Shown here piece by piece: positions 1-7,476 of a stretch of DNA of 46,318 nt. A program made the position numbers and the translations under genes. Numbering within the stretch: position 1 is the stretch's first letter; every line of letters starts with the position of its first letter. Below the pieces are notes generated by a model that saw only the letters and a program-made list of their open reading frames with translations, was not told where the DNA came from and did no database searches. The stretch is from a virus. The DNA is taken from the IMG/VR virus record IMGVR_UViG_3300028534_000016, positions 92,152-138,469 of that record, one strand, 5' to 3'.

Positions 1-1091
1 GTAGTGAAGTATCTATTGTTACTATACCTAAAAATCTTCTTTTACCGGATAGAGAATATGTAATAGAACTTTATGTTAGAATTAATGAGAAAAATGAAAT
101 TGTTAGATACTATATGAATACTAACGATTATAGCACCAGAACACAATTCATAGATAATGATAAAGTATATGAAAATAAAATCATACCTAGAAAATCTGAA
201 CCATTTTATAAAATAATTCCTTATTCTAGTTTATACGAAACATTTGATAACAGAATATATGCTCCTTATGTAGATGAAGGAACTTATTATGGTATATATG
301 AATATATCTATAATAAAGATGACGGAGAAGATAACATTAGTGTTAACCGTAGCTATGTTCCAGGAATATCACTATATGATACTACTGAATCATGGTATGG
401 AAAAATGTTAGAAGGTAATATTTTTTTAACAGATAATTATGACAATACTGATGATGTTGCTATGTTTGCGGTATATGACTATAATCCATTTGAAGGTAGT
501 TTTATATTAAAACATACAATTAAAAGGATTAATAGTGTTCCGTTAGGATATAATAATGCTGTAGTGTCTTTAGATAAAACAACAATTGCTTTTCTTAACC
601 CAGATAATGCTAGTAGCATAGGATTTTATGATGTTATAAATAATACTATACGTTATAGTATAGAAAGTGATGATTTTGTAAATAATCCATTAATTAATGC
701 TGCATTAGTAGACATTGGAAATGGTAGACTATTAGTGGTTCCTGGTAGAGGCAGTTATACTACCACGTATATTTATAATATTAGTTCTAATACTTGGTCA
801 CAAGGTATATCTATTCCTGAATCATTTAGAGATCATTCTTTAAGAGCAGATAAATTATCTAATGGAGATACCATTATTTATCGCAGAGATAAACCAGACA
901 ATACTGAAGATGATGCTGTTATTCTGTTTAGTAAAGTTAAACAAGACTTTATACTAATTGACCCTGGTACCAATAATCTACATGCTAACGATAGTAGTAT
1001 AAAATTAAATAATGGCGATATATTACTTATAAGTAACACATATGGCGCTGTTAATAATGGCGAGGAAGCCTATAAACACATGTACGTATAA
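1..1091 (+). CDS. 5'-truncated putative virion structural protein, beta-propeller/kelch-like C-terminus
   Basis: Frame is open from base 3 to TAA at 1089-1091, so the true start lies upstream of the window. Kelch-like motifs (GNGRLLVVPG...YIYNISSNTWS, LSNGDTII, LNNGDILLI). Directly upstream of the sheath gene. Confidence 0.55.
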   Translation, partial: SEVSIVTIPKNLLLPDREYVIELYVRINEKNEIVRYYMNTNDYSTRTQFIDNDKVYENKIIPRKSEPFYKIIPYSSLYETFDNRIYAPYVDEGTYYGIYEYIYNKDDGEDNISVNRSYVPGISLYDTTESWYGKMLEGNIFLTDNYDNTDDVAMFAVYDYNPFEGSFILKHTIKRINSVPLGYNNAVVSLDKTTIAFLNPDNASSIGFYDVINNTIRYSIESDDFVNNPLINAALVDIGNGRLLVVPGRGSYTTTYIYNISSNTWSQGISIPESFRDHSLRADKLSNGDTIIYRRDKPDNTEDDAVILFSKVKQDFILIDPGTNNLHANDSSIKLNNGDILLISNTYGAVNNGEEAYKHMYV

Positions 1092-1207
1092 TTTTTGTAA
1101 TATTAATTGATATATTACATATCCTTATACGTATGAGTAAAAAAAAACGCTTAACATAGCGTGCTAGCAATAGCAATATGTTTAAATAAAACCTAAAGGA
1201 AAATAAT

Positions 1208-3391
1208 ATGAGTTTATTCGTAAACGCAAGTCCACAAGTTATTAATCTTGGTGTTCATGATTTATCTACAAGAGTAGTTACTCCTGAGCCTATTGAGATT
1301 CCGCAACATTTACCTAAAGCATACTTCTATGCTAGAAAAGGTACAACAATTCCTACGCCTAACGTTGGCGCTCCAATGTTATTGATGTATGGAACAGAAA
1401 CATTTGATAAAGATAGCAAATATTACAACCATTCAACTAGATTTATTACTGGTTTTGCTGGTGCAGCAAATACTATTATGTTACAACGTGTGATTCCTGA
1501 TGACGCTAACCCTGAATCTAATATAACTATCTACTTAGATGTATTAGCTACAGATGTCCCTAACTATTTAAGAAATAGTGATGGTTCGTATGTTATTGAT
1601 CCTGCTACAAATGATTATGCTGTAGATGCAGACAATCCTACTATTCCTGGATATAAATATAAGATTATCGAAGAAGTACAAGTAGGCACTGAAGTAGGTG
1701 AAGCATTTATTCGTAACGGTATGACTATCGGTGCTGCTAGAACTAAATCAGGAACTATGTCTGATGCTGATGGAAACAGATCTATTATGTATCCAATTGT
1801 TGATTTAAAAGCAAAATATAAAGGCGAGTTTTATAATAATATAGGTATCGCTATTGGTAGTATGTCTGATGATGAAGTACAAAGAGATATTATCGAAGCT
1901 ACTAAATCATTACCTTATAAATTAGCACTTGTTGAAAGAGAAGATACTGATAGTAAGTATGTTGTTAAACCATCACTTTATGGCGAACCAAATGTACAGT
2001 TCACATTTAAAGAAGGCGCAATTAATCCTCTTACTAAAGCTAGATTTGATTTAGAAACAGTTTTCTTACAAAACTGGTATAATGAAACAGATCCACTTCT
2101 TCCGTTAGAATATGAGGATTATGAAAAATTATATGTTTATACGAATTATTTAGATAGAGTTTTAACAATGCTAATCGAAAAAGAAGCACCTCATATTACT
2201 AATGATCCTGAAGTATGGAATGACGGTAATGATGCTGCTACTTCTTCATGGTTTGATTTCTTAACAGCAGATGCTGACCTTACTGCTGAAGAAAGATATA
2301 TCTTTAACTTCTTAACTGGTAAATCTACAAAAGGTGTTAACTTCTTTACATTTGTTAGAAGTGATGATACTCCTAATACAACTCCTGAACAACAAGAGAT
2401 TACTATGTCATTAACTACACCAGTATTCCTTAAAGGTGGTTCTGATGGTAGTTTAACTAGTGATATGTTCAATACTCTTGTTGAAAGAGAACTAGCTAAG
2501 TATCTAGACACAGATAGTGAAGTTATGGATAATGCAATCAACGTTGAATCAGTAATGTATGATTCTGGATTCCCTTTAAACACTAAAGAAGAAATTTGTA
2601 ACTTTATCGCTGTACGTAAAGATACTGCTGTAGCATTATCTACGCATGATGCTTCTCTCGGAGAATCATTCTTACCACTTTCTGATGAAAGAGCTATTGC
2701 GGTAGCACTTAAAAACAGATTAAAATTAACACCTGAATCTGATTACTTCGGAACAAGTGTCGCTAGAGGTATTGTTGTTGCTGGTACCGGTCTGCTTGCA
2801 GATAATACTACGAGAGATAGAATTCCGTTACTATATTCAATTGCTATTAAATCAGCTAAGTTTATGGGTGCAGGTAATGGTAAATGGAATGGTGTATATG
2901 CATTCGATAGAGCGCCAGGTAACATTATTACTGAATTGGTAGATATTGAACCATCATTTATTCCTGCTGGTATTAAACCAACACTATGGAATGACGGAAT
3001 TGTATGGGCACAACCATATGATAGAAGACAATACCATTTCCCTGCTATCCAAACAGTATATGATGATGATACATCAGTACTTAATAGCTGGTTTACAGTT
3101 ATTGCGGTATGTACTGTTACTAAGATTGCTGATAATGCTTGGAGAAACTTTACTGGAGCAACAGACCTTACTGAAGCACAATTATCAGATGCTATCGTAG
3201 CATATGTTAATAAAGCAACTAAAAATATCTTTGATGGTAGAATTGTTGTAGTTCCAGAAGTAGTATTTACAGAAGCAGATAAAGAACGTGGTTATAGTTG
3301 GAAGCTTATAAATAAATTATACGCAAATAACATGAGAAGTGTTATGGTTTATGAAACTGCTGTTTATAGAATGTCAGATTTAGAACAGTAA
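1208..3391 (+). CDS. Tail sheath protein (phiKZ gp29-like)
   Basis: 727 aa, AAAGGA RBS. Motifs NASPQVINLG.HDLS, IPQHLP, GGSDG, YDSGF, PESDYFGT, FPAIQTVYDDDTSVL, YANNM. Followed by the tube gene. Confidence 0.9.
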   Translation: MSLFVNASPQVINLGVHDLSTRVVTPEPIEIPQHLPKAYFYARKGTTIPTPNVGAPMLLMYGTETFDKDSKYYNHSTRFITGFAGAANTIMLQRVIPDDANPESNITIYLDVLATDVPNYLRNSDGSYVIDPATNDYAVDADNPTIPGYKYKIIEEVQVGTEVGEAFIRNGMTIGAARTKSGTMSDADGNRSIMYPIVDLKAKYKGEFYNNIGIAIGSMSDDEVQRDIIEATKSLPYKLALVEREDTDSKYVVKPSLYGEPNVQFTFKEGAINPLTKARFDLETVFLQNWYNETDPLLPLEYEDYEKLYVYTNYLDRVLTMLIEKEAPHITNDPEVWNDGNDAATSSWFDFLTADADLTAEERYIFNFLTGKSTKGVNFFTFVRSDDTPNTTPEQQEITMSLTTPVFLKGGSDGSLTSDMFNTLVERELAKYLDTDSEVMDNAINVESVMYDSGFPLNTKEEICNFIAVRKDTAVALSTHDASLGESFLPLSDERAIAVALKNRLKLTPESDYFGTSVARGIVVAGTGLLADNTTRDRIPLLYSIAIKSAKFMGAGNGKWNGVYAFDRAPGNIITELVDIEPSFIPAGIKPTLWNDGIVWAQPYDRRQYHFPAIQTVYDDDTSVLNSWFTVIAVCTVTKIADNAWRNFTGATDLTEAQLSDAIVAYVNKATKNIFDGRIVVVPEVVFTEADKERGYSWKLINKLYANNMRSVMVYETAVYRMSDLEQ

Positions 3392-3489
3392 CAACACACA
3401 ACACACTATTAGATTCTGTAGAATCTAATAAATAAGGTATACCCAATGGGTATACTGTTTAACAAAAAATATTATATAAAGGAATTCAA

Positions 3490-4362
3490 ATGGCTACAAT
3501 TGCTGATGCTATTTTAAACAAAGAAGAAGTCTATGCTGGTCATTCACCAGCCCTTAACTTACGTTATGGCGGACAAAACGGATACTTTGCTAAGATTGGT
3601 AGAGTTGGTCCTGATGGTAAAAACGTTGAAGAATGGATCTCTAACCAAGCTTACGTACAACGTAATATCATTCCTGTGGTATTAAGAGCACCTAAGTTTC
3701 TTAACTACATGCCTGAACCACAAAAATGGATTGATACATATAAAGCACTTATCGAGCTACACCCATTAACTATTACTGGTTTAACTTCTGGTCTTACAGT
3801 TGAGACTGATGAACACGCTATTGGTGGTGCTGGTGAGATGCAAGAAGAGATTACTGATGTAAAAAGAGCACGCTCTACAGTCAGTACTACATATAAAGAG
3901 AAAGCTGGTAAAGCTATTATCAAATTCCTAGATTATCTTATTAGATATGGTATGATGGATCCTGATACTAAGAAACCTTTAGTAGCTAACTTTATGGAAA
4001 ACATCGAAGATATTGGTGGTATGTATACTGCTGACTTCTATACTGGTACAGTATTGTTTATCGAACCAGACGTTACACAGAAAATTGTTGTTGATGCTTG
4101 GTTAACTACTAACTTCTTCCCTAAATCAAATGGTGAAAGAACTGGTAAACGTGATATTCATAGTGCCGGTGAAGCTCCTGAACTAAGTATCGAATGGGCT
4201 GGTATCACTATGAATAATGAAGCTGTTATGAATATGGCAGATACTATCCTACAGAACTTAACTGTTATTAACACTCTTCCGGATGTCGGCATGGTGACAC
4301 CTCAGTCAGAAATTGACCCAAATGTTGCAGCCAGTGAAAATGTTGGCTATAATGAACATTAA
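3490..4362 (+). CDS. Tail tube protein (phiKZ gp30-like)
   Basis: 290 aa after the sheath. Motifs YGGQNG, WISNQAYVQRN, GGAGEMQE, MMDPDTK, LFIEPD, NFFPKS.G. Confidence 0.88.
   Translation: MATIADAILNKEEVYAGHSPALNLRYGGQNGYFAKIGRVGPDGKNVEEWISNQAYVQRNIIPVVLRAPKFLNYMPEPQKWIDTYKALIELHPLTITGLTSGLTVETDEHAIGGAGEMQEEITDVKRARSTVSTTYKEKAGKAIIKFLDYLIRYGMMDPDTKKPLVANFMENIEDIGGMYTADFYTGTVLFIEPDVTQKIVVDAWLTTNFFPKSNGERTGKRDIHSAGEAPELSIEWAGITMNNEAVMNMADTILQNLTVINTLPDVGMVTPQSEIDPNVAASENVGYNEH
4288..4334 (+). repeat. 47-bp direct repeat, copy 1 (inside the 3' end of the tail tube gene)
   Basis: GGCATGGTGACACCTCAGTCAGAAATTGACCCAAATGTTGCAGCCAG, identical to 6015-6061. Confidence 0.97.
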
Positions 4363-4368
4363 GCATAA

Positions 4369-4400
4369 GTTACACTATATCCTAGTGGATATAGTGTAAC
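4369..4400. terminator. Bidirectional hairpin terminator
   Basis: GTTACACTATATCC-TAGT-GGATATAGTGTAAC, 14-bp stem between the convergent tube and endonuclease genes. Confidence 0.75.
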
Positions 4401-5980
4401 TATATAAATTTTTTATAATTATGTATTGTAGTATTACCTGGTAAATTAAGATCTCTACACATATCAAGAAAAGTTTTATAATATGTCCCCTTAACATTAA
4501 ATTTATAAAAACGTTTAATTTGTTTTTCAAGATATTCTTCTAGTATATTGTATTTAATGTATGGTATGCGTATTAAATGTATATTATTAAATGTAGCTAA
4601 TGTATTTTTTTCTTTATCTCTTTTTCTTGTTTTTTTAAATTCGTCCTTACCGCCAAAAAATGATCTTGGTTTGAAATGTTGGATACCGTCATACTCTATA
4701 AGTATATTGAGTTCTGGTAAATAGAAATCATATCTATAGTTATAACCAGGTATTTTATATTCACGAATATGCGATATGTTGTGTTTTTTTAGATATTTTA
4801 ATATTTTTTCTTCTCCTTTAGAAATACTACATTGCGAACAACCATTTCCAGTTAGATGGCTAGTAGCTGTTTGTTCAAAGTCGCCATGTTTAGGACAAGT
4901 TATAACTACTATATTTTTACTCAATGTATACATTGTTTTATTGTAGTCGTATTTATTTCCGTGTATTTTTCTGGCTTTCTCTATAAACTGATCCGTAGAT
5001 AAGGTATTTTTAATTATAGCGCATTTTAAACAGTTTCCGCGAATATGACTATTTGGTGTTTGTTTGAATTCTCCGTGTATCGGACAAATGATAGTAACTG
5101 GTATTTTGCTATTAATATAATTAACTTTACTATAATCGTACATACTGCCATGTACTTTTTTAGAGGCAGTAATAAATTTTTTCATATTTATATATCGTTC
5201 GTTATCTCTATAACATCGCATACAGCCGATGTTTGATAAATGTATTCTTGGTAATTGTTCGAAGTCGCCATGTACCGGACAGGTTATACGTATTGGAGTA
5301 TTGCTTCCCATATATTTTACATTGTCATACTTATATTTATTACCGTGTACATTTTTAGCTTTCTCTATAAATTGTTCAGTAGTGAATGTTCTTTTCATAA
5401 CACTACATTTATAACAACCACTACTTGTTAAATGTTCACTTGGTATTTGTTCAAAATCACCATGAACTGGACATGTTATAGTTATTTTTGTTCGCATATT
5501 TATGTATTTAGTTTTACTATAACTATATTTATCTCCGTGAGCTTTTCTAGATTTCTGTACGAATTCTTCTTTCGTAGTTCTTTTCGTATCGGCGACCGAT
5601 ATTCTTCCGCATATAATACATCCGCGACCACTTAAATGATCGTTAGGTGTTTGTTCAAAAACTCCGTGCTTTTTACAAATTATCTTTAATGGTATTCTAC
5701 TAAGCACGTATTCGGATAAAGAATAATCATATTTATCGCCGTGTATTTGTTCGGCTTTCTTTATGAATTGATTTGTAGTCACTCGGTCATTATTAATTCT
5801 GCATTCATTACACGCACTCCCTGCTAAATGTCTATTGACTCGTTTTTTATATTCGCCGTGCATCGGGCATATTATTGTTATATCCTTATTCTTATATACT
5901 CTGTCTGTTGATGGTTGTATGTATTTATATTTATTATTATACATCTTATTAGCAATATTTAAAAAATCTTTAAAATTCAA
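4400..5980 (-). CDS. Free-standing putative homing endonuclease: six zinc-binding repeats (DUF723-like) plus C-terminal Vsr/DUF559-like nuclease
   Basis: TTG start with AAGGA. Six CxxHG...H...CxxC units (CPMHG, CKKHG, CPVHG, CPVHG, CPIHG, CPKHG). C-terminal SKGE...YRYDFYLP..NILIEYDG.QHF...RDKEKN...LIRI. Confidence 0.82.
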   Translation of the reverse strand: MNFKDFLNIANKMYNNKYKYIQPSTDRVYKNKDITIICPMHGEYKKRVNRHLAGSACNECRINNDRVTTNQFIKKAEQIHGDKYDYSLSEYVLSRIPLKIICKKHGVFEQTPNDHLSGRGCIICGRISVADTKRTTKEEFVQKSRKAHGDKYSYSKTKYINMRTKITITCPVHGDFEQIPSEHLTSSGCYKCSVMKRTFTTEQFIEKAKNVHGNKYKYDNVKYMGSNTPIRITCPVHGDFEQLPRIHLSNIGCMRCYRDNERYINMKKFITASKKVHGSMYDYSKVNYINSKIPVTIICPIHGEFKQTPNSHIRGNCLKCAIIKNTLSTDQFIEKARKIHGNKYDYNKTMYTLSKNIVVITCPKHGDFEQTATSHLTGNGCSQCSISKGEEKILKYLKKHNISHIREYKIPGYNYRYDFYLPELNILIEYDGIQHFKPRSFFGGKDEFKKTRKRDKEKNTLATFNNIHLIRIPYIKYNILEEYLEKQIKRFYKFNVKGTYYKTFLDMCRDLNLPGNTTIHNYKKFI

Positions 5981-6014
5981 AAATTCATCCTTTAGTCGAT
6001 ATAATCAATTAAAT

Positions 6015-6089
6015 GGCATGGTGACACCTCAGTCAGAAATTGACCCAAATGTTGCAGCCAGCAATTCAGGGTATAACGAACAAGCTTAA
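6015..6089 (+). pseudogene. Second copy of the tail tube 3' end (47-bp repeat copy 2 plus variant C-terminus)
   Basis: Reads GMVTPQSEIDPNVAASNSGYNEQA*, versus GMVTPQSEIDPNVAASENVGYNEH* in the intact gene. Confidence 0.85.
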
Positions 6090-6110
6090 GTAAAAAAAAA
6101 ATAGATAATA

Positions 6111-6144
6111 TATACTACCTAGTCTTATAAGACTAGGTAGTATA
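6111..6144. terminator. Perfect 34-bp palindrome, probable terminator
   Basis: TATACTACCTAGTCTTA/TAAGACTAGGTAGTATA, with an A-run on the left that reads as a U-tract on the minus strand. Confidence 0.75.
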
Positions 6145-6219
6145 GTTACTATTATTTTAGGATATGGATATAGCAATAACACTCAGCTATTGTGTTAATA
6201 CTATGTTAGGTTAGGTATG

Positions 6220-6325
6220 TGCTCTAGGTTGGAGTTGAACCAACTAAATACCTCGTTACAATCATAATGTATTCTACAGTGATACACTATGAATTCACTC
6301 AGTCTATCCGATTTTCATCTAGAGC
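6220..6325 (-). ncRNA. Atypical tRNA-like RNA (class II-like, 12-nt anticodon loop, no encoded CCA)
   Basis: Minus strand: acceptor GCTCTAG/CTAGAGC+A, T-arm GTTGG-TTCAACT-CCAAC, D-loop-like AATCGGATAGAC, stem AGTGA/TCACT, variable arm AATAC/GTATT. Confidence 0.6.
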
Positions 6326-6332
6326 ATAGATT

Positions 6333-6435
6333 GTAGTCAGGACATTGGTTAGCGCACCTATCCTGTGCTGTCCTGACTACTAAATATATAACCTAGATAT
6401 TGGTTAGCGCACCTATCCTGTGCTGTCTAGGTTAT
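6333..6435. ncRNA. Two tandem hairpins with an identical 24-nt loop and different 12-bp stems
   Basis: GTAGTCAGGACA-[TTGGTTAGCGCACCTATCCTGTGC]-TGTCCTGACTAC (6333-6380) and ATAACCTAGATA-[same loop]-TGTCTAGGTTAT (6388-6435). Confidence 0.65.
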
Positions 6436-6439
6436 GATA

Positions 6440-6745
6440 ATAATTCGGTTTTCGAATACCAGACATACTACAGCGAGATCTACAAGCAAGAATATGCACG
6501 GTATCAATATAGTGTATTCAGATTGACTCGCTACGCCAACCCCGCTTACCCATAAAATCAAGGGCAGCTGCTCATAGTCGCCTATGAGATTTGTTCACTC
6601 GATTCGCTTGAATCTACTAAAGGAACACGACAAAACTTATATGTATAAGGTCGTAAACGGGACTAGGATATCTCCAACAATACAACGCATCCCGTGACGC
6701 AGTATTTTACAGACATATCCTGAAGCGCATGCAGCACTAAAAGTT
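6440..6745 (-). ncRNA. Putative ~300-nt structured non-coding RNA of unknown family
   Basis: No ORF, higher GC than the flanks. Minus-strand helices: CTCATAG-GCGA-CTATGAG, GCGTC-ACGG-GATGC, AGGATAT/ATATCCT, ACGAC/GTCGT, GATTC/GAATC, TAGCGAG/CTCGCTG. Confidence 0.5.
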
Positions 6746-6763
6746 AAATTAACTTACCTACGC

Positions 6764-7186
6764 CTACGAAAGTAGTGTAGCAGTCATCTCTTTAGTAAGG
6801 TCTTGAATCTTAGACTTACTAACTTTAGTAAGCGGATCTTTAACTGTTACACCAAGAGTAGACTTAGTTACTTCAGTGCCATCAGCAGGCGATTTAAATG
6901 TTTGTGAGCGTTTAGCAACAACATTCACTTGTCCGCGTTTAGATACACCATATGGGTATTCTACAACTACTTTATCGATGTCTTTATCTTCAGACATGAT
7001 TTTAGTAGATTGTTCTGCAGCAGCTTTAGTAGCTTCTTCAATATAAGAATGTGCATGGTCGAACACTTCTTTAATTACTTTCTTAGAAAGTTCTGTACCT
7101 TCGTAGAATGCATTTTCATCGTTATACTTTACAGTAGCGATTCCTTCTGTTTTACTTACTTCAAATTTTCCAGCATCGATTGCCAT
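6764..7186 (-). CDS. Hypothetical protein (140 aa), probably early-expressed
   Basis: ATG with AAGGA RBS, uninterrupted ORF, downstream of an early-promoter-like motif. Confidence 0.8.
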   Translation of the reverse strand: MAIDAGKFEVSKTEGIATVKYNDENAFYEGTELSKKVIKEVFDHAHSYIEEATKAAAEQSTKIMSEDKDIDKVVVEYPYGVSKRGQVNVVAKRSQTFKSPADGTEVTKSTLGVTVKDPLTKVSKSKIQDLTKEMTATLLS

Positions 7187-7279
7187 TGTTGTTTCCTTGT
7201 TCTTTTTTTATAATGTTAATACCATATAGGTACACCTCATATACTAATGCATTAGCACACCTTCGATTTCATGTATGCT

Positions 7280-7392
7280 GACCATAAGACACCCGCAGTC
7301 TTAACAGGAGTAACCATTTGGGATAAAGGTTATTTAAGAATACGTCGAAACACCAGTAACAGTTCATTTGTATCAAGCAGGTGTCTATGGTC
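7280..7392 (-). ncRNA. Structured leader or small RNA closed by a long terminal stem
   Basis: Minus-strand GACCATA-GACACCTGC pairs with GCGGGTGTCTTATGGTC (one bulge, one G-U). A second hairpin AGCATAC/GTGTGCT follows. Confidence 0.55.
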
Positions 7393-7398
7393 TACTTA

Positions 7399-7410
7399 AA
7401 TAATATATGT
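7399..7410 (-). promoter_or_regulatory. Candidate early promoter ACATATATTATT
   Basis: Identical 12-mer at 42937-42948. Resembles the phiKZ early motif TATATTAC. Confidence 0.45.
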
Positions 7411-7476
7411 TTAAATTTTTTTAAGAATCACTATTTCTGATATCTTAATTGATATTAAAAAATATAAGGAGATATC

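Larger units (their letters stand above)
4288..6061. mobile_element. Homing-endonuclease cassette bounded by 47-bp direct repeats
   Basis: Repeat copies are 1727 bp apart. The interval holds an alternative tube 3' end, a hairpin terminator and one endonuclease ORF. Confidence 0.7.

Noticed and set aside
1111-1118. Exact phiKZ early motif TATATTAC upstream of the sheath gene
   Set aside because: Single AT-rich match ahead of a late structural gene, so chance is likely.
5835-6089. 84-aa plus-strand ORF
   Set aside because: Mostly antisense to the endonuclease gene with no RBS. Only its last 24 codons are meaningful, as the duplicated tube end.
6344-6427. Mini CRISPR array (two 29-nt repeats, 26-nt spacer)
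   Set aside because: Only two units and no cas genes. The spacer is made of arms that pair with the sequences flanking each repeat, which fits tandem hairpins better.
6440-6745. RNase P RNA, tmRNA or a third group I intron
   Set aside because: The conserved signatures (GAGGAAAGUCC, tmRNA ends with tag ORF, P7 GACUA/UAGUC core) were not found in a consistent arrangement.
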